A stretch of 64,000 nucleotides of DNA from an uncultured Flavobacteriaceae bacterium. Lineage in GTDB: Bacteria > Bacteroidota > Bacteroidia > Flavobacteriales > Flavobacteriaceae. A program made the translations under genes and the position numbers. How positions within the stretch are numbered: the stretch's first letter is position 1; each line of letters begins with the position of its first letter. The notes beneath the pieces are model-generated. The model worked only from the letters and a program-made list of their open reading frames with translations, was not told the DNA's origin and searched no databases. Location: positions 20,074 to 84,073 of the forward strand of contig CAJIZF010000003.1 in assembly GCA_905181835.1 (NCBI GenBank), in the 5' to 3' direction. Below, piece after piece: positions 10,412 through 20,199 of this stretch.

Positions 10412-11446
10412 TTATTCAAAAATAGAATTCTTATTATGTTCCCAGTTATTAATCCAATTTACCATTACATCTACCCAATCATCATTGTCATTCATGCAAG
10501 GTATGTGTTTATAATCTGTTCCGCCAGCTTCTAAGAAATCTTCTTTTCCTTCCATAGCAATTTCTTCTAAGGTTTCTAAACAGTCAGAAACAAAAGCAGG
10601 AGTAATTACAGCTACTTTTTTCTTTCCCATTTCAGGAAATTTTTCCAACTCAAAATCAGTGTAAGGTTTTAACCAAGGATCTTTTAGTAAACGAGATTGA
10701 AATGAATTACTATACGTACCTTCTTTGAGCCCTATACTTTTAACGATTGCTTTAGTTGTTTCGAAACATTGGTGTCGGTAGCAAGTATGATGGGCCACTG
10801 AATTTCGTTCACAACAACTACCATCTAATTTACAATGATTTTTGGTAGGATCTGACTTTTTAATATGTCGTTCAGGAATGCCATGATATGAAAATAACAC
10901 ATGATCGTAATCAAATCCCTCTAAATGATTTTTGATATTTGCACTCATTGCTTTTATATATTCGGGTTGATTGTAAAAAGTAGGTAAAATATCCATCGTC
11001 ACATTTGGATAGTGTTCTGCAACTATTTGTTCTGCTTTTACAGTCACTGTTTCATAAGAAGACATAGCGTAATGTGGGTAAAGAGGAACTAATAATATTT
11101 CATCTACACCCTGATCGATTAACGCTTTAAAGCCTTTTTCCATACTCATACTGCCATAACGCATTGCTAGCGCAACGGGAATTGATGACTTTGAACTAAC
11201 TTTTTTTGAAAAACGCTCAGAGATAACCACCAATGGAGATCCTTCTTCCCACCAAATCTTTTTATATGCTGCTCCTGATTTTTTAGGTCTCACTTGTAAA
11301 ATAATTCCTTTAATCAATAAAAAGCGTTTCCAATAAGCAATATCAATAACTCGCTCGTCCATTAAAAATTCTCCTAAATAACGCTTAACATCTTTTGTTT
11401 CTGTTGAATCTGGTGATCCTAAATTGATAAGTAAAACTCCTTTCAT
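10412..11446 (-). CDS. hemH: Ferrochelatase
   Basis: MKGVLLINLGSPDS..., a conserved HGIPERH-type segment (YHGIPERHIKK), and a C-terminal Cys-rich region. The ORF-track 5' extension to 11503 is read-through over the AraC 3' fragment. Confidence 0.9.
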   Translation of the reverse strand: MKGVLLINLGSPDSTETKDVKRYLGEFLMDERVIDIAYWKRFLLIKGIILQVRPKKSGAAYKKIWWEEGSPLVVISERFSKKVSSKSSIPVALAMRYGSMSMEKGFKALIDQGVDEILLVPLYPHYAMSSYETVTVKAEQIVAEHYPNVTMDILPTFYNQPEYIKAMSANIKNHLEGFDYDHVLFSYHGIPERHIKKSDPTKNHCKLDGSCCERNSVAHHTCYRHQCFETTKAIVKSIGLKEGTYSNSFQSRLLKDPWLKPYTDFELEKFPEMGKKKVAVITPAFVSDCLETLEEIAMEGKEDFLEAGGTDYKHIPCMNDNDDWVDVMVNWINNWEHNKNSIFE

Positions 11447-11447
11447 A

Positions 11448-12330
11448 TTATGATATTGAGTATTGTTTTGGGGTGATTCCGTATTTCTTTTTAAATGCTG
11501 CAATAAAATGACTTGAAGTGCTATATCCTAATTTTGAAGCAATTTCATTGACATTAAATTGTTGTTCTATAAGAAGTGTTTTAGCAAGTTCCATTTTATA
11601 ATTTAATAAAAAAGTAAAAACAGGCGAGCCATAGTATTCTTTAAGGCTATCTCTTTAATTTTTTTATATTTAAACCCACCTGCTTTGCTAATTCTTGTAA
11701 ACCAGGGGGATTGTTCATTTCTTCAATAATAATTTCTTTTGCTTGTTTAATTTTACCAACGGTATCACCGTTTGGCACGTAAGGACAATTAGCATTGGTT
11801 GCATCAGTAGTTGTATTAAAATAATGACTTAATAATTCGTAAACTTTGCCTTTTAAATAGATAGGTCGTAATGAATCCGTAATTCTAAATGATATGAGTT
11901 GTTTCAAGATCATTTGTTCAGAAACTTCAATCAATTTAGGTTCAATAATTGGTTGTCCGTTCTTATAATTTTTAAAATTAAATAGCACATTTTCTTTTCC
12001 AGAAAATAAACTATGGAAAAAATTCAATGAAATTAATACCACGTTTAATTGCGACTGGGGCGGCAAGGTGTATAGTATGTTCATGGACTCATCTTTATAA
12101 TGTACCATACTTGAATCATTCTCTTTAAGGGTAATGGCGCAGTGTTCCACATTAAAGGCTATTCTGACCTCATTTTCGGTACAAAAAAATAATTGAATGT
12201 AATTGTTGGTCAATTTTGTTTGAAAATTATCTACATGATCCGTTAAATTATTGAAATAGAGGACCTTAAACGCATCTTTTTCTTCAACGAGCACATGAGC
12301 ACTTTTGTCGATATTTTTATATTTTTCCAT
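11448..12330 (-). pseudogene. AraC/XylS-family transcriptional regulator, frame interrupted near 11647-11652
   Basis: The N-terminal 227 aa end ...LQELAKQVGLNIKKLKR followed by a stop. A +1 frame continues DSLKEYYGSPVFTFLLNYKMELAKTLLIEQQFNVNEIASKLGYSTSSHFIAAFKKKYGITPKQYSIS, which is the second AraC HTH. The total span of 883 nt is 3n+1. Confidence 0.75.
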
Positions 12331-12583
12331 TTAATTTTTTAACGATAACATTTAGGTTTCATTTATTAATTATTTACAAATTTACAATAAAAAATAGCAG
12401 CAATATAAAATTATTTGTTAAGAAAAGAGGTCATTGATTATCATCGCAAACTGTTAAGTTTTATGATAGTTTTAAGAAAAAATCATTCCTTCCGTTTTAT
12501 TTAGAATTACTCTAAATTACACCTTGTAACTTCTTACGATAAATTTAGTACTTGTATCGATATTTTTCACTTAAATGATTTGG

Positions 12584-12591
12584 TACTTTTG
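12584..12591 (+). promoter_or_regulatory. Candidate -7 promoter box for the hem operon (TACTTTTG)
   Basis: Matches TAnnTTTG and lies 25 nt upstream of the hemA ATG. It is embedded in the second copy of a 15-nt direct repeat. Confidence 0.4.
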
Positions 12592-12615
12592 TCGATACTT
12601 ATAAATATTCTATAA

Positions 12616-13881
12616 ATGAGTTTAAACGAATCACCTCAAAAACTTTATAATGTTGGCTTAAATTACAAAAAAGCTGATATTAGTGTTAGAGGCGCTTTTA
12701 GTATCACCAAAGAAAATCAAGTCTTATTATTAAAAGAAGCTAAAGAGAACGGCTGTGAAGGTTTATTTGTAGTTTCTACGTGTAATCGAACTGAAATCAC
12801 TGGTTTTGCTGAGCATCCATTTGAACTCATCAGCCTTTTGGTTAAATACTCCAAAGGAAAAGTAGAAGATTTTATACATGTTTCCAACGTCTATAAAAAT
12901 AAAGCAGCAGTTAATCACCTCTTTAATATTGGTGTGGGCTTAGAAAGTCAAATCTTGGGTGATTACGAAATAGTTAGTCAGCTAAAAAATTCATTTAACC
13001 AAGCTAAAAAGCTTGGAACGACCAATGCCTATTTAGAGCGATTGATCAACCTTGTTTTACAAGCAAGTAAAGAGGTAAAAAATAAAACTAAGCTTAGTTC
13101 TGGAACCACCTCGGTTTCGTATGCAGCAGTCCAATATATTATGGATACTATTCCAGAGTACAACAATAAAAAAATATTAAATTTTGGACTAGGTGATATT
13201 GGTAAAAATACGTGTAAAAATATTTTACACTATACCAAAATAAATGATTTAACACTCATTAACAGAACGCATAATAAAGCAAAAAACTTTAAAGAGAAAA
13301 ATCCTGAAATCACCATTAAAAACCTAAATGAATTAACGAATGAGCTCCGATATACAGATATACTAATTGTCTCAACTGGAGCAAATTACCATACGATAAC
13401 TCAACAACACATTGAAGAGGATAAAGAAATGTTAATCTTAGATTTATCGATGCCAGAAAATGTTGATTTAGCTCTAAAAGAAAGACCTGGTATCACCCTA
13501 GTGAATGTTGATGAACTCTCAAAAATTACTGACAAAACCATCGAAACTAGAAAAAAAGAAATTCCATTTGCTGAAACTATTATCGAGCAATATAAACAGG
13601 AATTTAACGATTGGATATCGTACCGAAAATTTGTTCCAGCTGTCAATGCATTGAAAGAGTCTTTACAAACAATTCAGGGACATGAAATTGATTTTCATCG
13701 AAAAAAAATTAATAATTTCAATGAAGAACATGCGGAACTTATTACTTCGCACATGATTCAGAAAATTACCACACAATTTGTAAAGCACCTAAAGGATGAT
13801 GAAACTTCAGTAGATCAAAGTATCGAGGTTATCAGTAAAATATTTAACTTGAAAGAGCTTAATCTAACAGAAAATGATTAA
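12616..13881 (+). CDS. hemA: Glutamyl-tRNA reductase
   Basis: The catalytic Cys context VVSTCNRTEI and the conserved GLESQILGDYEIVSQLK segment. 421 aa. Confidence 0.9.
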   Translation: MSLNESPQKLYNVGLNYKKADISVRGAFSITKENQVLLLKEAKENGCEGLFVVSTCNRTEITGFAEHPFELISLLVKYSKGKVEDFIHVSNVYKNKAAVNHLFNIGVGLESQILGDYEIVSQLKNSFNQAKKLGTTNAYLERLINLVLQASKEVKNKTKLSSGTTSVSYAAVQYIMDTIPEYNNKKILNFGLGDIGKNTCKNILHYTKINDLTLINRTHNKAKNFKEKNPEITIKNLNELTNELRYTDILIVSTGANYHTITQQHIEEDKEMLILDLSMPENVDLALKERPGITLVNVDELSKITDKTIETRKKEIPFAETIIEQYKQEFNDWISYRKFVPAVNALKESLQTIQGHEIDFHRKKINNFNEEHAELITSHMIQKITTQFVKHLKDDETSVDQSIEVISKIFNLKELNLTEND

Positions 13882-15466
13882 AATAGGGACCCGATCTAGT
13901 GAATTAGCCCTATGGCAGGCAAACACGGTAGCAGCACATCTAGAAGAATTAGGACACACTACGAGCATTATAAAAATTGACTCTTTAGGAGACCAAGTTC
14001 TCGACAAACCACTCTACGAATTAGGGGTTACTGGTGTCTTCACCAAGAGTTTAGATGTGGCATTATTAAACGGGCAAATCGATGTAGCGGTTCATTCACT
14101 TAAAGACGTTCCAACAAAGTTACCAGAGGGTGTTGTTCAAGCAGCGGTTTTAAAAAGAGGAAATTATAATGATGTTTTGATTTTAAGAGAAGATGAAAAT
14201 TTCTTTGAAAATGAGCAGGCAACTATTGCAACAGGTAGCTTAAGACGAAAAGCACAATGGCTACACCGCTATCCTAAACATACCATTGTTGGCTTGCGTG
14301 GTAATGTTAATACCCGATTGCAAAAACTTAAGGAAAGCTCTTGGAATGCTGCGATTTTTGCATTAGCCGGTTTATCAAGAATAAAACTTCTACCCAAAAA
14401 GCATAAGCACATTAAATTAGATTGGATGACTCCCGCTCCAGCTCAAGGTGCAGTAATGGTTGCTGCACTTGAAAAAAATAATCATGTAATGGATATTTGC
14501 AAAGAGCTCAACGACGAAGAAACTGCGCTTTGTACTCATATAGAACGTCAATTTCTTAGAGTTCTAGAAGGTGGATGTACAGCTCCTATAGGAGCTTTAG
14601 CAACCATAAAAGAAGAAGAATTAAGTTTTAAGGGTGTTTTATTTAGTCCAGATGGTAAAAAGAAAATTGAGTTTAGTAAAACCGCTTTAAAAAATGAAGT
14701 AAATGATCTTGGAGAATTCGCAGCGAATTACATATTGTCTAAAGGTGGAAAAAAAATAATGCGAGAAATCATTGAAGTGGACAAAACCATTAATGTGTTC
14801 TCTACAAAATATCTATCTAAAGAATTAACTTCTAAGCTTCAGTCTGAAATTGGTATTTCGATGAGTGATTTTATATCTATCAAAAACCAAAGGATAAAAT
14901 TAAAAGATATAAAAACACCTATTAAAAATGCTGTTTTTACCAGCCAAAATGCGGTAGAAGCCGTTTTATTTAATTATCCTGTTGAAGAATTAGAATTTAA
15001 AGACATTTATTGTGTTGGCAGAAGAACCAAGCGATTAATTAAAAATAAAATAGGAATTATTGCTCATGCTGAAAGTTCAGCTGAAAAACTTGCACTTTAT
15101 TTAAAAGAAAAATTAAAAGATAAAGAGATTGTCTTTTTTTGTGGCAACAAACGAAGAGAAGAACTACCAAAAATTTTAAACCAGAGTGCTTTTAAAATTC
15201 ATGAGATTGAGTGTTATCAAACGGTCTTAACTCCTCAAAAGATCGATTTAAAATTTTCTGGCGTATTATTTTACAGCCCATCAGGAATTGAAAGTTTTTT
15301 ACAAAATAATACGACACAAAATCGGATTGCATTTTGTATTGGAGAAACGACAGCCTCTGAAGCAAGATTACATTTTAACACAGTTATTGTTGCCAAAACC
15401 ACCTCCAAAGATGGAGTTATTAATGCCGTTAACAACTATTTCGAAAATCCAATAAAAGTGTCATGA
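13874..15466 (+). CDS. hemC: Bifunctional porphobilinogen deaminase / uroporphyrinogen-III synthase (HemC-HemD fusion)
   Basis: The N-terminal ~300 aa carry the HemC pattern ([40 protein letters not shown]). The C-terminal ~225 aa look HemD/HEM4-like ([12 protein letters not shown]..., [19 protein letters not shown]). It overlaps the hemA stop by 8 nt. Confidence 0.85.
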   Translation: MIKIGTRSSELALWQANTVAAHLEELGHTTSIIKIDSLGDQVLDKPLYELGVTGVFTKSLDVALLNGQIDVAVHSLKDVPTKLPEGVVQAAVLKRGNYNDVLILREDENFFENEQATIATGSLRRKAQWLHRYPKHTIVGLRGNVNTRLQKLKESSWNAAIFALAGLSRIKLLPKKHKHIKLDWMTPAPAQGAVMVAALEKNNHVMDICKELNDEETALCTHIERQFLRVLEGGCTAPIGALATIKEEELSFKGVLFSPDGKKKIEFSKTALKNEVNDLGEFAANYILSKGGKKIMREIIEVDKTINVFSTKYLSKELTSKLQSEIGISMSDFISIKNQRIKLKDIKTPIKNAVFTSQNAVEAVLFNYPVEELEFKDIYCVGRRTKRLIKNKIGIIAHAESSAEKLALYLKEKLKDKEIVFFCGNKRREELPKILNQSAFKIHEIECYQTVLTPQKIDLKFSGVLFYSPSGIESFLQNNTTQNRIAFCIGETTASEARLHFNTVIVAKTTSKDGVINAVNNYFENPIKVS

Positions 15467-16431
15467 TAAACAGAACTAGACGTCTTCGTAAAACAGCAAA
15501 TATTCGTAGATTGGTTAAAGAAAACAACCTAACCGTAGATGACTTTATATATCCAATTTTTATAGAAGAAGGAGAACATATTGAAACGGAAATTAAGTCC
15601 ATGCCCGGTATAAAACGTTTTTCACTGGATACTGTTTCTAAAGAATTAGATGAGGTAACTGCACTTAATATTCCGGCAGTGTTATTGTTTGGTATTCCTT
15701 CGGAAAAAGATGACACAGGAACTGAAACCTGGAGCGATGATGGAATTATTCAAAAAGCAATTCGTTATATAAAGAAAGAATACCCTAATTTATATGTGAT
15801 TACCGATGTTTGTTTCTGTGAATATACAAATCATGGCCATTGTGGGGTCTTAAATGATCTAGAGGTGGACAATGAGGCCACTTTAGTCAATATTGCTAAG
15901 CAAACCCTCTCTCATGCAAAAGCTGGTGCCGATATGGTGGCACCGTCTGGCATGATGGATGGTACAATTACTACCATGAGAGCGGCCCTAGACAAAGAAG
16001 GGTATTATGATCTTCCAATAATGGGTTATACCGTAAAATATGCTTCTGCTTTTTATGGTCCATTTAGAGATGCAGCGGACTCTGCTCCATCTTTTGGAGA
16101 CCGAAAAACATACCAAATGGATCCCGCTAATAGAGCTGTTGGTCGAAGAGAAGCAGCTTTTGACCACGCAGAAGGTGCAGATATTCTAATGGTTAAACCA
16201 GCACTCTCCTATTTAGACATCGTTAGCGATTTAAAAAATAACTTTGACCAACCTATAGCATGTTACAACGTTAGTGGGGAATATGCAATGATAAAAGCAG
16301 CAGCTGAAAAAGGTTGGATTGATGGGGAACGTGTAATGATGGAAAGTTTATTATCTATGAAAAGAGCAGGTGCAGATATCATCATCACTTACTTTGCAAA
16401 AGAAGCAGCAAAAATTTTAAAAAGAAGTTAA
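15463..16431 (+). CDS. hemB: Porphobilinogen synthase (delta-aminolevulinic acid dehydratase)
   Basis: RRLR...L..DDFIYPIF at the N-terminus, a Cys-rich zinc site [14 protein letters not shown], and an active-site Lys region ILMVKPA. ATGA overlap with hemCD. Confidence 0.92.
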   Translation: MINRTRRLRKTANIRRLVKENNLTVDDFIYPIFIEEGEHIETEIKSMPGIKRFSLDTVSKELDEVTALNIPAVLLFGIPSEKDDTGTETWSDDGIIQKAIRYIKKEYPNLYVITDVCFCEYTNHGHCGVLNDLEVDNEATLVNIAKQTLSHAKAGADMVAPSGMMDGTITTMRAALDKEGYYDLPIMGYTVKYASAFYGPFRDAADSAPSFGDRKTYQMDPANRAVGRREAAFDHAEGADILMVKPALSYLDIVSDLKNNFDQPIACYNVSGEYAMIKAAAEKGWIDGERVMMESLLSMKRAGADIIITYFAKEAAKILKRS

Positions 16432-16433
16432 AC

Positions 16434-17732
16434 ATGAATTTTGATAGATCGAAAAGGCTTTTTGAGGAAGGTCAAAAAAACTTAGTTGGAGCAGTTAATT
16501 CTCCTGTTAGAGCTTATAAGTCTGTCGGTGGAACTCCCTTGTTTATCAAAAAAGCAAAGGGAAGTAAGATTATAGATGTCGATAATAATCAGTACATCGA
16601 TTTAGTCTTGTCCTATGGCCCTATGATTCTAGGGCATCGTCCTAAAAAGATTGAAAAATCAATAGTAAAAGCGTTAAAGAATGGATATACTTTTGGTGCT
16701 ACCTCAGCGGGTGAGATTGAACTAGCAAAAATAATTTGCGACGCTTTTCCTGGTATGGATAAAGTTCGTTTTGTTAATTCAGGAACCGAAGCTGTTTTGA
16801 GTGCTTTACGTTTGGCTAGAGCTTTTACGAATAAAAATAAGATTATAAAATTTTCGGGTTGTTACCATGGTCATACCGACGCTCTTTTAGTGGCAGCTGG
16901 TTCTGGATTGGCAACGCTAAGTCTTCCCGGATCTAGTGGGGTCCCAAAAGAAGCTGTGCAAAACACTTTGATTGCAGAGTATAACAATATTGAAAAAGTT
17001 AAAAATCATATCAACAAACACGATGATATCGCTGCAGTTATTCTGGAACCTATCACCGGAAATATGGGGGTAATAGTACCCTCACCAGAATTTATATCGG
17101 AATTGAGGAGAATTACCAAAGAAAAAGGAATTTTAATTATTGCCGATGAGGTCATGACTGGATTTCGATCTAAATTTGGAGGCGCTCAAGAATTAATTGA
17201 CTTGGAAGCTGATATCACCTGCCTCGGAAAAGTAATTGGAGGAGGCTTTCCTGTAGGTGCTTATGGTGCAAGAAATGAAATTATGGAAATGGTTGCTCCC
17301 CTTGGCGACATGTATCAAGCGGGAACTCTTTCAGGAAACCCCATAGCAATGGCTTCAGGTATCGCTACTTTAAAAGAATTAAAAAAACAAAACCCTTTTG
17401 ACACCTTTAATAAAGTAGCTAAAAAAATAGAAACAATACTAAAGGAGGCAGCTAAAGAAAACAACGTAGCGCTTCAAGTGAATCGATTTGGATCGATGAT
17501 TAATCCTTTTTTTTCAAAAAATAGAGTTGTAGATTTTAAGACCGCTCAAACTTCCGATACCAAAAAATTTAAAACATTTTTTTGGAGTATGATTCAAAAT
17601 GGTGTGTTTTTGCCACCTTCTCAATTTGAAGCATGGTTTTTATCTACAGCACTTTCAAACAAGGATTTAAAAATAATAGAAAAAGCAATTTACGCAGCGA
17701 TGCAAGCAATTGATCAACATCATAACTCATAA
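16434..17732 (+). CDS. hemL: Glutamate-1-semialdehyde 2,1-aminomutase
   Basis: PLP-aminotransferase class III features: VNSGTEA, DEVMTGFR, and the PLP Lys context CLGKVIGGG. Confidence 0.92.
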   Translation: MNFDRSKRLFEEGQKNLVGAVNSPVRAYKSVGGTPLFIKKAKGSKIIDVDNNQYIDLVLSYGPMILGHRPKKIEKSIVKALKNGYTFGATSAGEIELAKIICDAFPGMDKVRFVNSGTEAVLSALRLARAFTNKNKIIKFSGCYHGHTDALLVAAGSGLATLSLPGSSGVPKEAVQNTLIAEYNNIEKVKNHINKHDDIAAVILEPITGNMGVIVPSPEFISELRRITKEKGILIIADEVMTGFRSKFGGAQELIDLEADITCLGKVIGGGFPVGAYGARNEIMEMVAPLGDMYQAGTLSGNPIAMASGIATLKELKKQNPFDTFNKVAKKIETILKEAAKENNVALQVNRFGSMINPFFSKNRVVDFKTAQTSDTKKFKTFFWSMIQNGVFLPPSQFEAWFLSTALSNKDLKIIEKAIYAAMQAIDQHHNS

Positions 17733-17735
17733 TAA

Positions 17736-18761
17736 ATGTATAAAAACGATCTATATTTAAGAGCGCTAAAAGGAGAAATAGTAGAGCGTCCGCCTGTATG
17801 GATGATGCGTCAAGCCGGAAGGTATCTTCCTGAATTTATTAAGATTAGAGAGAAATATGATTTCTTTACGCGTTGTAGAACCCCTGAATTGGCTTCCGAA
17901 ATTACAGTACAACCCATTAGACGTTATGGAATGGATGCTGCCATTTTGTTTTCAGATATTTTGGTAATACCACAAGCAATGAATATTGAAGTGGAGATGA
18001 AACCTGGTGTTGGCCCCTGGCTACCAAACCCCATTCGAACTCAAAAGGATCTTGAACGCGTAATTGTTCCTGATGTCACGGTCGAGTTGGATTATGTCAT
18101 GAAAGCCATAAAAGCATCAAAAGAGTTATTAAACAATGAAATTCCTTTAATTGGTTTTGCGGGATCACCATGGACTATTTTATGTTATTGTGTTCAAGGG
18201 CAAGGCTCTAAAAATTTTGATAAAGCAAAAGAATTTTGTTTTACGCAACCTATTTTAGCCCACACCCTATTACAAAGAATTACAACTACAACGATTGCCT
18301 ACCTTAAAGAAAAAGTAAAAGCGGGTGTAGATGCTGTGCAAATATTTGATTCTTGGGGAGGTATGCTCTCGCCTGCTGATTACCAGGAGTTTTCCTGGCA
18401 ATATATTAATCAGATAATAGAGGCTTTAAAAGATGAAGCTCCAGTAATTGCATTTGGAAAAGGCTGTTGGTTCGCTTTAGAAGAAATGGCCAACTCGAAA
18501 GCAGCTGCATTGGGAGTTGACTGGACTATTAACCCTCAAATAGCAAGAAAATTAGCTGGAAACAAAATTACATTGCAAGGAAATATGGATCCAAGCCGAT
18601 TGTTATCTCCTCCATCCCAAATTAAAAAAATAGTAACGGAAATGATACGAAATTTTGGTAAAGACAAGTATATCGTAAATTTAGGACACGGTATTTTACC
18701 AAATGTTCCTCTAGAAAATGCCAAAGCATTTATTGATGCTGTTAAAGAATTTGAAGCCTAA
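17736..18761 (+). CDS. hemE: Uroporphyrinogen decarboxylase
   Basis: [16 protein letters not shown] signature. 341 aa. Confidence 0.92.
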   Translation: MYKNDLYLRALKGEIVERPPVWMMRQAGRYLPEFIKIREKYDFFTRCRTPELASEITVQPIRRYGMDAAILFSDILVIPQAMNIEVEMKPGVGPWLPNPIRTQKDLERVIVPDVTVELDYVMKAIKASKELLNNEIPLIGFAGSPWTILCYCVQGQGSKNFDKAKEFCFTQPILAHTLLQRITTTTIAYLKEKVKAGVDAVQIFDSWGGMLSPADYQEFSWQYINQIIEALKDEAPVIAFGKGCWFALEEMANSKAAALGVDWTINPQIARKLAGNKITLQGNMDPSRLLSPPSQIKKIVTEMIRNFGKDKYIVNLGHGILPNVPLENAKAFIDAVKEFEA

Positions 18762-18767
18762 TTTGGT

Positions 18768-20127
18768 ATGAAAAACTTGATTCAAAAATACAATATACCG
18801 GGACCAAGATACACCAGTTATCCAACGGTTCCCTATTGGGATAAGGATGGAATAGCAATTGACGATTGGAAGCACTCGACTCTAAAAGCCTTTGAAGAAA
18901 GTAATGATTCGGAGGGGATTAGCTTATATATTCACCTTCCTTTTTGTGAAAGCCTTTGTACATTCTGTGCTTGTCATAAACGAATTACCAAAAGACATAC
19001 CGTAGAAGAGCCTTATATGGATACGGTGCTTAAGGAATGGAATCTATATTGTGATTTACTAGTAAAACAACCTAAAATAAAAGAAATACATCTTGGGGGG
19101 GGAACTCCTACTTTTTTTTCTTCGGAGAATTTAAAAAAACTAATTAACGGTATATTTAAAAGAGCAGAAAAGTTTAAAGAGTTTGAATTTAGTTATGAAG
19201 GACATCCAAATCACACTACTAAAGAGCAATTGCAGACCCTATATGATTTAGGTGCACGAAGAAATAGCTTTGGAATTCAAGATTATGATCCAGTAGTTCA
19301 AAAAGCAATTAACCGTATTCAAAGCTTTGAGCAGGTTAAAAAAGTAAACGACTGGTCGCGTGAAATAGGATATAATTCTATAAGCCATGATTTAATCTTT
19401 GGATTACCATTTCAGACCGAGAAAAGTATTCGATCCACTATAAAAAACACCATTGCGCTAAAGCCAGACCGTATAGCTTATTACAGTTACGCGCATGTTC
19501 CGTGGATAAAAGGAGTTGGCCAAAGAGGTTTTGATGATAACGATTTACCAAAAGATGATGAAAAAAGACATCTATACGAATTAGGAAAACAACTTTTTTT
19601 CGAAAATGGCTATGTAGAAATTGGAATGGATCATTTTGCGCTAAAAACTGATACCCTTATATAAATCCTTGCTAAGCAAAAAGATTCATCGAAACTTTAT
19701 GGGCTATACCGCAGGTAAAACAAAATTAATGATAGGTTTAGGAATGTCTTCTATTAGTGATTCCTGGTATGGTTTTGCTCAAAACGAAAAAACAGTTGAA
19801 GGATATGCAGAAACTGTAAATAACGGTATAATTCCAATTTTTAGAGGTCATTTATTAACCGAAACTGACTTAATTATCCGTAAACATATTTTAAATTTAA
19901 TGTGCAATTTAGAGACAGAATGGAGTTTAGGTTTACCCCTTCTAATAAAAAAAGAGATTATCGGACGATTACAAGAAATGGTGGCAGACCAATTAATAGA
20001 AATTACGGATAACAAAGTAATCGTAAAAGAAGAAGGTAGAATGTATATTCGGAATATCTGTATGGCCTTCGATTTAAAGTTAATAGAAAATAAACCCAAC
20101 ACCAGACTATTTTCCATGACGATTTAG
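18768..20127 (+). pseudogene. hemN: Oxygen-independent coproporphyrinogen-III oxidase (radical SAM HemN), frame interrupted at about 19654-19656
   Basis: CxxxCxxC cluster motif CESLCTFCAC. The first ORF ends ...HFALKTDTLI followed by a stop. A +1 frame continues LYKSLLSKKIHRNFMGYT..., which is the conserved HemN motif. The span of 1360 nt is 3n+1, and removing one C from ACCC restores DTLYKS. Confidence 0.85.
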
Positions 20128-20199
20128 CATCTTTTAAGTTAAAAAATAAGGTTTTACTTTTAAATAAACTTTAGAATCATTTAATTATCTTTGTTAGCT

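Noticed and set aside
11447-11503. The 19-codon N-terminal extension of the hemH ORF in the six-frame track (MQHLKRNTESPQNNTQYHN...).
   Set aside because: This stretch is the 3' end of the AraC-family gene read in another frame. The conserved ferrochelatase N-terminus begins at MKGVLLINLGSPDS (ATG at 11446).
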